From Promethearchaeota archaeon (GTDB lineage: Archaea > Asgardarchaeota > Thorarchaeia > Thorarchaeales > Thorarchaeaceae), in NCBI GenBank assembly GCA_014728035.1, contig WJMJ01000046.1:158136-222135 (forward strand): 64,000 bases of DNA, in the 5' to 3' direction. The notes under the pieces were generated by a model. The model made no database searches, was not told the DNA's origin, and saw nothing but the letters and a program-made list of their open reading frames with translations. This document shows positions 9,839-19,003 of this stretch, one piece after another. The position numbers were made by a program, and so were the translations under genes. Position 1 is the first letter of the stretch; each line of letters starts with the position of its first letter.

Positions 9839-11035
9839 ATGATTGATGGAATGCCTTGGCCAGAAAGATTTCGTCCGAAGTCAATTTCAGAGGTAGTTGG
9901 TAATAGACACGCGATGAAGACAATTCTTGGATGGATTGAAACATGGAAAAATGGAATACCTAAAAAGAAGGGCTTGCTTTTAGTAGGACCACCAGGTGTT
10001 GGAAAAACAGCATCAGTAATTGCAATTGCAAGCGAATTTGATGTCGAGCTTGTTGAATTCAATGCCAGTGATAAACGCAACAAAGCACACATAGAAAACC
10101 AAGTATGGATAGCTGCAACACAACATACACTCGACGACCGAATGAGAATAATATTGTTAGATGAAGTAGATGGGCTTTCAGGAACAAGTGATAGGGGTGG
10201 AGCTGGAGCAATATCCAAGGTAATTGACCAAGCAGTGCATCCAATAATCATGACTGCAAATGATCCAGACAGTTCACGCCTTAAGAAAATTACTAAGAAA
10301 TCACTAGTTATCGAGTTTAGTTTTTTAGAAAAAGAAGATGTAAAAATAGTGCTACAAAGAATTCTAACCGAAGTCGCCAAAGAAGTAGCTGAGAGCGATT
10401 TAGAGCAAATCATTCAACAATCGGGAGGCGATCTGAGAGCGGCTATAGCCGATTTGCAAACTTTCATCGAGGGAAGTAAAAATCTTACAAGAAGCTACAG
10501 CAGAGATACGCAGAGGAATATCACAGAAACTTTGCAAAGAATGTTTATGACAACCGAGATTTCTACTGCAAAGAGAATCATTTCCGAAGGCGATATTGGA
10601 TTTGAAGACTTGTTATTATGGTTAGAAGAGAATATACATCTTCACCTAAGAGATACTGTTGAGCTTGAAATGGGATTGGAAGCTCTCTCACTTGCAGATT
10701 TAACGTTGGGAAGAATAATGCAGAAACAAAGTTGGAAGCTTCTTTCTTATTTCTACGATTTAATAGCTAACGGAATTACATCAAGTCGATACAAAACACC
10801 GTACAGAAAAGTATCATATTCAAGACCATCATGGCCTCTTACAATGTGGAAAGGAGGAAGGAGAAGTAACAAGAAAAAGAAACTCTACAAACAAATAGGA
10901 AACAAATCAGGAGTTTCAAATCAAAGAGTATGGAAAACTCATGCTGAAGCCATAGATCGAATAATTAAAAAGAATCCGAAAATGTTATCCGAATTTGCTA
11001 CATGGCTCAAAGTTAAAAGGTCTGTCTTTGGATAG
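9839..11035 (+). CDS. rfcL: Replication factor C large subunit
   Basis: WPERFRP, GPPGVGKT, EFNASDKR, DEVDG, WLEEN; follows rfcS. Confidence 0.92.
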   Translation: MIDGMPWPERFRPKSISEVVGNRHAMKTILGWIETWKNGIPKKKGLLLVGPPGVGKTASVIAIASEFDVELVEFNASDKRNKAHIENQVWIAATQHTLDDRMRIILLDEVDGLSGTSDRGGAGAISKVIDQAVHPIIMTANDPDSSRLKKITKKSLVIEFSFLEKEDVKIVLQRILTEVAKEVAESDLEQIIQQSGGDLRAAIADLQTFIEGSKNLTRSYSRDTQRNITETLQRMFMTTEISTAKRIISEGDIGFEDLLLWLEENIHLHLRDTVELEMGLEALSLADLTLGRIMQKQSWKLLSYFYDLIANGITSSRYKTPYRKVSYSRPSWPLTMWKGGRRSNKKKKLYKQIGNKSGVSNQRVWKTHAEAIDRIIKKNPKMLSEFATWLKVKRSVFG

Positions 11036-11846
11036 CGGTGATTTCGCGCTTTATGAATTCCAAAGTTTCTAAAGTTCTAGTAAACCGAGAAGAATAATCG
11101 TTTAGCGTACGAAGTGCTTTTCGAATTGCATATTTACTGAGTGTGAAAATAAAGGGAACTACAGATTCCACCAGAACTAGTGATTCCGGAGGAGAAGGTT
11201 GGATACCTCCAGGATAAATTTTATCCCCATCTAGCATTCGACTAATTGCATCACATCGTACATAACCAGACCCGATATCTTTCAATACCGTAACAATTTT
11301 TCGAATCATTTTCCACAAAAAACTATTACCGACGAAATCAAAGGATAATGGGTTATCTCTTGAGGATATACAGGCATTCAGCATAGTAATTGTGGTTGTA
11401 CGTGGACCATCAGGTTTAGAGAGCAACCTAAAGTCATTTGTCCCAATTAACGACTGCAATTCCTTTTGAATGGAATCAAAATTAGAAAACGAATGATTTC
11501 GTATATAGTATCTGTAATGCCGATGTAAGACATCGTATCTTGGATGAAAGGTAGAAGGAATTTTTGACCGAGCCCAAATTACTATATCATCTGGGAGATA
11601 TCTATTTATTTTGTCTATGTTCAAAGACGAATCGGAATCAATTCGAACAACTTGACCAATGCTATGAACTCCACGGTCTGTTCTTCCAGCAAATTGCACA
11701 GAGGAATTGGTGAAAGGTAAACCACTCCAAGATTGCAATGCATCTACAAGATTTCCTGCAACTGTTCGGAAACCAGGTTGAATTTGAGACCCATGATACC
11801 TATTTCCAAGATAAAATAGTCGAATTAGATAGGAACTCATTGCCAA
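11013..11846 (-). CDS. truA: tRNA pseudouridine(38-40) synthase
   Basis: YHGSQIQP, GRTDRGVH, RHYRY, SFLWKMIR. Confidence 0.92.
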   Translation of the reverse strand: MAMSSYLIRLFYLGNRYHGSQIQPGFRTVAGNLVDALQSWSGLPFTNSSVQFAGRTDRGVHSIGQVVRIDSDSSLNIDKINRYLPDDIVIWARSKIPSTFHPRYDVLHRHYRYYIRNHSFSNFDSIQKELQSLIGTNDFRLLSKPDGPRTTTITMLNACISSRDNPLSFDFVGNSFLWKMIRKIVTVLKDIGSGYVRCDAISRMLDGDKIYPGGIQPSPPESLVLVESVVPFIFTLSKYAIRKALRTLNDYSSRFTRTLETLEFIKREITAIQRQTF

Positions 11847-11852
11847 ATTGCC

Positions 11853-12143
11853 TCAAGACTTCCAAATTTCAAGCAAGTTCTTAAGAGACCGAGCACGCAT
11901 GTCTTCATTACGATATCTGTAAATTTTAATTCTTCCAAATATTTTTTCCTCGATTAAACCAGATTCGAGTAGGACTTCTAAATGTGATTTAGTGGTACTA
12001 TGATTCAATCCAACTCTTCGACAAATCTCGGATATATTCAACTCTGTTTTATGTGCCAGTTCTTTAAGAATTTTAATTCTCCCTTTTGATGAAAGTAATT
12101 CTTCAATAGGAATACGTGATTCGAATTCGGATTCATCTTTAAT
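11853..12143 (-). CDS. ArsR-like winged-helix protein downstream of cdc6
   Basis: LNISEICRRVGLNHSTTKSHL..L...GLI HTH. Frame is open upstream of TTG 12041 through IEELLSSKGRIKILKEL; probable ATT start at 12143. Confidence 0.75.
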   Translation of the reverse strand: MKDESEFESRIPIEELLSSKGRIKILKELAHKTELNISEICRRVGLNHSTTKSHLEVLLESGLIEEKIFGRIKIYRYRNEDMRARSLKNLLEIWKS

Positions 12144-13371
12144 GAGAATTGCCTCCTTCAGTTAGTAGGTCTTGAATGAATTGTTCCAGTTTGTCTGCGG
12201 GAATCTCAGAAAGTCCAATCAATGTTGTTTGCCCTCTTTGACCAGTACTGGATTTCTTTGTATCCAATATATCGTGAGCTGTTAAATCTTGAACCCATTC
12301 CCAAACTTGAGTATGTGCACGTGCTTCTGTTTTATATTCTTCACAAACAGGATGGTACTCATCCTCAACCTCACCCATTGTTACATAAGCTGCTCGTGCT
12401 TCTTTCAGCCGTCTAGCTGTAGCAAGAAGCAATAGCTTATGATGGAAAGGAAGAGTTGTAAAAACTTCGTTGATTAGTTCCGGATGGGTATCAGCTTTTG
12501 CACGACGAACATAATCAGGAATTACAATGTTGTTTTGTTCATGATCTGCTTGTTTTCCTGCACGCCATAACAACTCTATTGCATATCTTGCATCACCACG
12601 TTCTGCAGCAATATCAGAAATAACATGCACTGTATCATCCAAAACAGTTTTTTTTTCAAACGCCATTTCAATTCTATCATATAAAATATCCATTAATTCA
12701 GCGGCATTGTATTTCTCAAAACGTAAAATATTCCGTTGTAATGTACTTAACGTGCTAGAGTCAAATAATTCATCACTAAGAGGAATGTTTCGTCCAATTC
12801 CAATCATTGAAACTCTTTGAGGTGCATTTAACCGATCATCCATTAGACGAGTTAAATCGTATATTATATCCACACCTTTGTTCCTGATGAAATAATCCAA
12901 CTCATCTAGCACAAGTATTAGAAAACGATCTTCCATATCAAGAACTTCAACTATTAATTGAAGTATCTCTTCTGGAGAATGACCACGTCTTGGGAATTTT
13001 GGTCTAAACTCACGCAAAATCCTAAGAAAAACAAGATACGTACTCTTGTTAACTCTACAATTTATGTGAATTTTATGAAGTCGAATATTTCTTCTATCCG
13101 CTGCTTGAATCAATTGCTCTGTGAATTTTTTTGTGACTGCAGTTTTGCCAGTTCCAACTGAACCTTCAATGATGAATTTTTGACTTGTTCTACCAGGTGA
13201 AGAAATAAGGCTCTTAAAAGATTGAGCTAAAATCCGCAATTCTTCATCCCGATGATGTAGCCTTTCAGGAACATAATCAATAGACAGGAAATGCTCTGAT
13301 TTAAATACACTGTCCTTACCTAATTCATCCTCAACAAAGTCCCGAGTCATCACTCTCGTGAATATTGGCAT
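12139..13371 (-). CDS. cdc6: Orc1/Cdc6 replication initiator
   Basis: DYVPERLHHRDEE, GSVGTGKT, INCR, LDELD, GDARYAI, C-terminal winged helix ending GQRGQTT. Confidence 0.95.
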   Translation of the reverse strand: MPIFTRVMTRDFVEDELGKDSVFKSEHFLSIDYVPERLHHRDEELRILAQSFKSLISSPGRTSQKFIIEGSVGTGKTAVTKKFTEQLIQAADRRNIRLHKIHINCRVNKSTYLVFLRILREFRPKFPRRGHSPEEILQLIVEVLDMEDRFLILVLDELDYFIRNKGVDIIYDLTRLMDDRLNAPQRVSMIGIGRNIPLSDELFDSSTLSTLQRNILRFEKYNAAELMDILYDRIEMAFEKKTVLDDTVHVISDIAAERGDARYAIELLWRAGKQADHEQNNIVIPDYVRRAKADTHPELINEVFTTLPFHHKLLLLATARRLKEARAAYVTMGEVEDEYHPVCEEYKTEARAHTQVWEWVQDLTAHDILDTKKSSTGQRGQTTLIGLSEIPADKLEQFIQDLLTEGGNSH

Positions 13372-13444
13372 ACTTTTAACTTAAAAGGATTATGTGGTTG
13401 TTCATTTAAACAGATATTCGGAGAGGGGGTGCCCGAAAGTATTG

Positions 13445-13520
13445 TTGGCGAGCTCCTTACTCAAGATCTCTATCATCATCATAAAGATTCAAAGGGGTCA
13501 TATCAGTCATCGCTCGCCAA
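13445..13520 (-). ncRNA. Box C/D guide sRNA (predicted pre-tRNA position-34 guide)
   Basis: 9-bp terminal stem TTGGCGAGC/GCTCGCCAA closing a K-turn (GAU bulge, GA/GA, CU/AG). Internal D' UUGA and C' AUGAUGA. Guides complementary to pre-tRNA-Leu and pre-tRNA-Met in this window. Confidence 0.75.
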
Positions 13521-13560
13521 GTAATAAGAGAAGATTTTGTCCTTAAGTATACCTAAAAGA

Positions 13561-13663
13561 TGCGAGCGCCGGGATTCGAATTCCCGCGATTTCACAAAGT
13601 GCAAAATCGTCCCGGGTCAAAAGCTTGGGAAGCTTCCGTCCTAACCAACTAGACTACGCTCGC
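13561..13663 (-). tRNA. tRNA-Gly(CCC) with 30-nt intron at 53/54 (13581-13610)
   Basis: GCGAGCG/CGCTCGC acceptor stem, GAAGC-TTCCCAA-GCTTT. Full BHB (CCCG/CGGG helix, GGA and AAT bulges); splicing restores CCGGG-TTCGAAT-CCCGG. Confidence 0.9.
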
Positions 13664-13774
13664 TCAACGAATTCTGAAAATTTTATCAAGATAAGATTAT
13701 CGGATAGAGATATTAAATGACTGCATCTTAATGCTTATCTTCACATTTTAGAATCAAAATTTGTGTGGCAGATC

Positions 13775-14902
13775 ATGGCTCAAAATTCAGTCGATATCAA
13801 CTTCTGGCAAGGAAATCAAGCATGTGCAGAAGCAGCACTAAAAGCAGGATGTGAATTTTTCGCAGGATATCCTATCACACCAGCTTCGGAAATCGCAGAA
13901 ATTATGGCAGAGAAATTGCCAACTGATGTTGGGACCTACATCCAAATGGAAGATGAAATAGGAGCAATTTCTGCAGTTATTGGAGCTTCATGGGGAGGTA
14001 AATTGTCAATGACTGCAACATCTGGACCTGGTTTTAGTCTTATGCAAGAAAATATTGGTTATGCAATTATGACTGAAACACCTTGTGTCATTGTAAACGT
14101 GCAAAGAGCTGGGCCAAGTACCGGACAAGCAACAAAAGCAGCTCAAGGAGATATAATGCAAACAAGATGGGGTACTCATGGAGACCATAGTAGCATTGTC
14201 CTTGCCCCAAATTCGGCACAAGAAACCTTTGAGTTAACAATCCGTGCTTTTGAAATATCAGAAAGATTACGGCATCCAGTTATTTTGTTATCAGATGAAA
14301 TAGTAGCTCATACTCGTGAGAAGGTAATTACTTGCAAATCAGACAAGTATAAGGTAAAACGTAAATATACTCGAAAAGGAGACAATCCATACTCCACTGT
14401 TGAAAACGGACATATTCTAATGCCAAAATTTGGAGAGGACCAAAATCTACTGATTACTGGTTCAACTCATGATGATTTTGGTTTCAGAAAAACGTCAGAT
14501 CCAAATGCACATGATTCTTTGGTCAGAAGAATTGTTAGAAAAGTTGATGCATCATCAGAATACCTCACTGATTTTGTAACGAATGGCCCTGAAGAAGCAG
14601 AATGGGGGATTATTTCTTTCGGTTGTACATCACGATCTGTTGAAGAAGTTATGATACAAGATGACACTAACTCGATCAAATCTTTAAGATTGAGAACCAT
14701 TTGGCCATTCCCAGATGTGACAATTAGAGAATTCTCAGACTCTGTTGAAAGAATCTTAGTTCCTGAGCTAAATCTTGGGCAATTATCGCTTGAAGTATCT
14801 CGTGTTGTGTCTAAATCAAAAGATGTTGTGCAATTCAATAAAATTGGAGGTGGACTAATGATTGAGCCAGAAGAGATATTAAAAACATTAGAATCTTCTT
14901 GA
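13775..14902 (+). CDS. korA: 2-oxoacid:ferredoxin oxidoreductase alpha subunit
   Basis: GNQACA, YPITPASE, QMEDE, TATSGPG, QRAGPSTG, ELNLGQ. Confidence 0.9.
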   Translation: MAQNSVDINFWQGNQACAEAALKAGCEFFAGYPITPASEIAEIMAEKLPTDVGTYIQMEDEIGAISAVIGASWGGKLSMTATSGPGFSLMQENIGYAIMTETPCVIVNVQRAGPSTGQATKAAQGDIMQTRWGTHGDHSSIVLAPNSAQETFELTIRAFEISERLRHPVILLSDEIVAHTREKVITCKSDKYKVKRKYTRKGDNPYSTVENGHILMPKFGEDQNLLITGSTHDDFGFRKTSDPNAHDSLVRRIVRKVDASSEYLTDFVTNGPEEAEWGIISFGCTSRSVEEVMIQDDTNSIKSLRLRTIWPFPDVTIREFSDSVERILVPELNLGQLSLEVSRVVSKSKDVVQFNKIGGGLMIEPEEILKTLESS

Positions 14903-17175
14903 TCAATCAACGTATAATTGGCATCATTATCAGAAGATTCTACTTTCAGAATCATTTGTGTTTTCATCCAAATAGTCAAATCACATGTATAATTTACAGA
15001 ATAGTAGTTAGTCTTGTTAAAGATAAAAGTGATAGTGTGGATGCCAGGATATATAATAGAGGGAAGGTCAATTCCTTCCAAAGATGAAATAGAAATATTG
15101 TGTGCTGCATAAATCGATGATTCGAAATCATCAATGTAGATTAGAACAGATGTATAAGATATCTCAACATCAAGATCATCAAAAAGAAGGCATGATAAAT
15201 TTAGCATTTCACTATAAAATGCTGTAGAAACCTCAACAGAAGCATTCAATTTTCCAAATATATAGTATTCGATAGTAAAGTCATTATAAAACACATAGGA
15301 TTGATTTACAGGAGATATAGTAATAGTATGTAGCCCAATAGGCGTGTCCTGCGATGAGGGTATATAGAGTAGAGTTGTTGTGTTAAAGGGAATTGTTGTG
15401 AACATACTGATTGCCGAGTCTTCATCAATCAATGAGAAATTGATACTGTTATAGTTCCAGAAAGATGAATGTACAGAAAATAAAAGAGTCCAGTTACTAC
15501 TCCTTTCAATAGTATATACAGAACTTGATACATTCAAGTAAATTGGACATCTCAAAAAAAATTGTAATTCTTTAGTTGTATTCATTTGAAATAGTATTGA
15601 ATTACCTCGAACAAGGAGAAAGTAACATATTTCAGTACTCGAAATTTCTGGAATGCGCCACCTAAGAGATACATACCCATTAAAAGAAATATTTTGAGTA
15701 ATACATGTTTCTGATGAATCCAGAAGCAATATATCAAGATTTGATAATTTTATACCATTGGGGTCAAAAATAGCTACTTCAAGTTCCATAAATTCACCTA
15801 TAACTGCAAAAGGAGTGGAATTGACATCAATATCTAACATATAACTAATATTGACTGGAGTTATAAAATCCAAACTACGATAATATTGAGATTCATTTAT
15901 CTGTATCTGAAGTTCTCCTAGTCCCCAGTTATTTGGTGGAAGCGAAAATTCTATTGAAAAATAACCAGATGAATTACTGCTTGATATGCTTTCACAAATG
16001 AGTTCTGAGTTTAGAAATAGACTTGCTTTTGCTGGAATATCTGAGATTCCATAACCTGCGATATAATCAGATATCAAATAAGCTATTTTGTATGTTCGAT
16101 TACATATTGCATCATTAAGTGGACTGTAAAATCCGTCAATAAGACGGGGATGAACAGTGACATTTGTGAAGACACTGGCCGCTTGATATGCTGAATTCTC
16201 TGCAGATATATTCAATTCATAAGATCCAGAAGTAACATTGAATGGGATAGCTGCAAAATAAGATCCATTACCAATTGAAGTGAGATAACCGATAGAGAAT
16301 GAGGTATGCCAAGTTATGATACTGTCAGATAGACTCACGCCACCATAACCAACATGTTCAATCACAACATCAACCAGGTCGTAAAACAGTCCATCTGGAG
16401 AAACCCCCATTATTTCTGTAGTACAATTAGTGATTATGAGAGAGGATTTAGGGGGTAATATCTCTAAAGTGTAATTCTTTTCATAAGGTTCAAAACAAGC
16501 AGTGCCTTCGAATAACAGATTGAGGATATATTGACCGGATGACGCGTCACTGCCCCAAGTGTTACTTACAAATCCACTTGAATTTGTTCTGCTGAGATTT
16601 TCAAAAACGGTTGTAGATTCCGCATTATAAATTCGTAAGCTTAGGTTTTCATTTGATAGAGGTATTGAATCATTTTCAAAGGAGTACATCCGAAAGTCAA
16701 GGGTACTATTTTCTCCATAGTTTACTGAATCAGATGAACAAAACTCCGATTCCACTTTACCTTTAGAAACATTGACACTAATTGTATCAGTGCCACCCTT
16801 AGAATAGGTATCATAAACTTCAGTAGTGAAAATAATTAACAAAGTTTCACCGTCAACACCAGGTTCAACTAGATCTGGTAATAAAGAGCATCTTGAGATA
16901 AACGTTCGTTGGTTAGGAGATGACTCGATGAAATAGGTATCATCATGAATAACAGTGCCATTGAGTACTTTCACAATAAAAGATACATAGCACCATCCAG
17001 TTTCACTAAAATCTGCTAACAAATCTGCAGTCATAGTGATGGATTCTCCTACAGAATATGCCATCTTGTCGGTTTCAAAACTAATGAACTCAAAAGACAG
17101 GGCCTGTACTGGAGAAACTAAACAGAAACATATTGATATAGACAAGATTATTGCAGCAAAGTAATGAGGTTTCAC
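14467..17175 (-). CDS. Large secreted beta-rich (Ig-like repeat) protein
   Basis: N-terminal signal peptide, many NxS/T sequons, repeated TN.SG turns. The last 436 nt overlap korA antisense. Confidence 0.65.
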   Translation of the reverse strand: MKPHYFAAIILSISICFCLVSPVQALSFEFISFETDKMAYSVGESITMTADLLADFSETGWCYVSFIVKVLNGTVIHDDTYFIESSPNQRTFISRCSLLPDLVEPGVDGETLLIIFTTEVYDTYSKGGTDTISVNVSKGKVESEFCSSDSVNYGENSTLDFRMYSFENDSIPLSNENLSLRIYNAESTTVFENLSRTNSSGFVSNTWGSDASSGQYILNLLFEGTACFEPYEKNYTLEILPPKSSLIITNCTTEIMGVSPDGLFYDLVDVVIEHVGYGGVSLSDSIITWHTSFSIGYLTSIGNGSYFAAIPFNVTSGSYELNISAENSAYQAASVFTNVTVHPRLIDGFYSPLNDAICNRTYKIAYLISDYIAGYGISDIPAKASLFLNSELICESISSSNSSGYFSIEFSLPPNNWGLGELQIQINESQYYRSLDFITPVNISYMLDIDVNSTPFAVIGEFMELEVAIFDPNGIKLSNLDILLLDSSETCITQNISFNGYVSLRWRIPEISSTEICYFLLVRGNSILFQMNTTKELQFFLRCPIYLNVSSSVYTIERSSNWTLLFSVHSSFWNYNSINFSLIDEDSAISMFTTIPFNTTTLLYIPSSQDTPIGLHTITISPVNQSYVFYNDFTIEYYIFGKLNASVEVSTAFYSEMLNLSCLLFDDLDVEISYTSVLIYIDDFESSIYAAHNISISSLEGIDLPSIIYPGIHTITFIFNKTNYYSVNYTCDLTIWMKTQMILKVESSDNDANYTLIDQEDSNVFNISSGSIISPPPILLNCTTSFDLDTTRDTSSDNCPRFSSGTKILSTESENSLIVTSGNGQMVLNLKDLIELVSSCIITSSTDRDVQPKEIIPHSASSGPFVTKSVRYSDDASTFLTILLTKESCAFGSDVFLKPKSS

Positions 17176-17280
17176 CTAATCACCTAAGGGTAGTCTAAAT
17201 CGGCCCTAAAAAACAGCACGTGAATGAAACGACAAGTTTTTCTACGGTATGCAAACTTTGAAAATGGAGCGTCTTTGAAG

Positions 17281-17646
17281 ATGGCAATAAGATTGAATAG
17301 TTCAATAGTTGAAACAATAGAAGATACCGAAACTAAGAAACTGAAACTGATTAAAATAAGAGATAAAGAAGTAGACGCATCCATTGAACTTGAACTTCCA
17401 AAGGCATTATCAGATACATTTCAGATAAAGGAGGAAGTTAGTGTTGTTATTGATAGTGAAGAGATTCCAAAAGGAGAAAGTGCAAGATTATACGGAGAGG
17501 GCACGATTTTCAAAATGAAACACGAAGAGCCATTTGAGGTTGTTGCAACATTAGGGGGACTACGACTTATCATTGAAATTACTAAACCAAAAAAATCGCA
17601 AACCAAAGCCTTCGAAAAACATAACTTCTTCATTGCAATAAAATGA
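17281..17646 (+). CDS. rpo8: RNA polymerase subunit Rpo8 (RpoG, RPB8 homolog)
   Basis: ~120-aa beta-rich protein with G.IFK and TLGGLRL, matching the RPB8 SFGGLL motif. Confidence 0.7.
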   Translation: MAIRLNSSIVETIEDTETKKLKLIKIRDKEVDASIELELPKALSDTFQIKEEVSVVIDSEEIPKGESARLYGEGTIFKMKHEEPFEVVATLGGLRLIIEITKPKKSQTKAFEKHNFFIAIK

Positions 17647-17798
17647 ACTAAGCGAATACTTTCGGTCATCCCTTTCCGTCGGGGCCGTCAGAGTTCATTC
17701 AAAGGCCTCGATTATTCACTCTATCGGATAATATGACCTCTGTAACGTACAAACATACACTGAAAGTCAGATAGGATATAATTACGGATTCTATCTGG

Positions 17799-18842
17799 GT
17801 GTGGTCTTTGTTTGAAGGAACATGCAGATCAATAAGAAATCAACCAGTAAGATGTCCAGATTGTTCTGGACAGATAGTAAGTAGCCATGGACATAAGGTG
17901 TGTTCAGAATGCGGTCTTGTTATGTCACGAGACTATGTGGACCCTACATTTCAGATGGGTGAAAAAGTAAAAGAAGGGGATCCAACAGCTTCAGTATATG
18001 GGTCTCTTGGAAAACGACTACATATTGTTGATGGGTTAGGTAGTTACATCGACTTTCATAAAACAAGATATTTTCGAGATGCTCAAGGACGAATTCTGAG
18101 AAGCAGGAGACAGAAACAGTTCAAACGACTCAAAACAGTATATAGTACACGAATAAGAATTGGCCAAGATGAAGCAAAATATAGAGCATTACGTACACTA
18201 AATCATGTATCAAAATTACTAATGATACATGAACAAGTACGTGACCGAACCGCATACATATATCAAAAAATCTTGGACGATGCTAAAGATAAGATTTCGA
18301 ATAACATCCTGCTTATTGCTGTCTGCCTGTTAATGGCAGTGAGAGAGTTTAAGGATAGTGCTCCTATAACACTTGAGGAAATAGCTGAAGTTTTCGAAAG
18401 ATGTGGACATCGAGTTAGTGTTAGATCGATTGTAAGAGAAGCTCTGAGATTAAGAACAATTACTGGATACTCACCAGAAATTAGAAAACCCGAGGATTAT
18501 GTGCCAAGAGTAATTTCGATGTTAGTAAACAATTCACAAGTCATTAAGAAGATTGAATCAAGAGGATGGCAGATTATACAGTATGAAAACGTGTTGAGGA
18601 ATAAAATGAACGAAATAATTGAGATGGTTCCTGCTTCAAAAAGAGGCGGTCGAAATCCGTTTATTTTTGCAGTTTCTTCAGCATATGCAGGCGACCGTAT
18701 AATATCTGAAGAGTATGGAAAACGATCTGTTCTAACACAGAAATTGACTGCAAAAGCAACAGAGGTTGCAGAATACAGCATAAGAGATCATTATGGCATG
18801 ATGAAGAAAATAATTGAACCACTTATGAAGGCAACACAATGA
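17799..18842 (+). CDS. Divergent TFIIB/TFB-family protein
   Basis: Zn ribbon CPDC..VCSECGLV, two cyclin-like repeats (ITLEEIA; GRNP..LTQK..AKATEVAEYSIRDHY). Confidence 0.8.
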   Translation: MWSLFEGTCRSIRNQPVRCPDCSGQIVSSHGHKVCSECGLVMSRDYVDPTFQMGEKVKEGDPTASVYGSLGKRLHIVDGLGSYIDFHKTRYFRDAQGRILRSRRQKQFKRLKTVYSTRIRIGQDEAKYRALRTLNHVSKLLMIHEQVRDRTAYIYQKILDDAKDKISNNILLIAVCLLMAVREFKDSAPITLEEIAEVFERCGHRVSVRSIVREALRLRTITGYSPEIRKPEDYVPRVISMLVNNSQVIKKIESRGWQIIQYENVLRNKMNEIIEMVPASKRGGRNPFIFAVSSAYAGDRIISEEYGKRSVLTQKLTAKATEVAEYSIRDHYGMMKKIIEPLMKATQ

Positions 18843-19003
18843 GTTAAGCTCATTTATCATAAATTGTGCCATTTCATGAAATAGGAGATTATATGCAAAA
18901 AAACATAACAAGGTGCGAAAAGAGCTCTAAAAATACAAACGCATTAAATGGTCAACTGGTCATTGGATGGCGAAGCTTGTTTTTCACCAAGAGGAGAGTA
19001 TGA

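Noticed and set aside
9796-10413. 205-aa antisense ORF and the many similar short nested ORFs
   Set aside because: They lie opposite or inside well-supported genes and have no recognisable motifs.
13372-13445. Origin directly upstream of cdc6
   Set aside because: Only a G-string (GGAGAGGGGGTG) without the TTCC..GGAA inverted repeat; most of the spacer is explained by the sRNA and tRNA.
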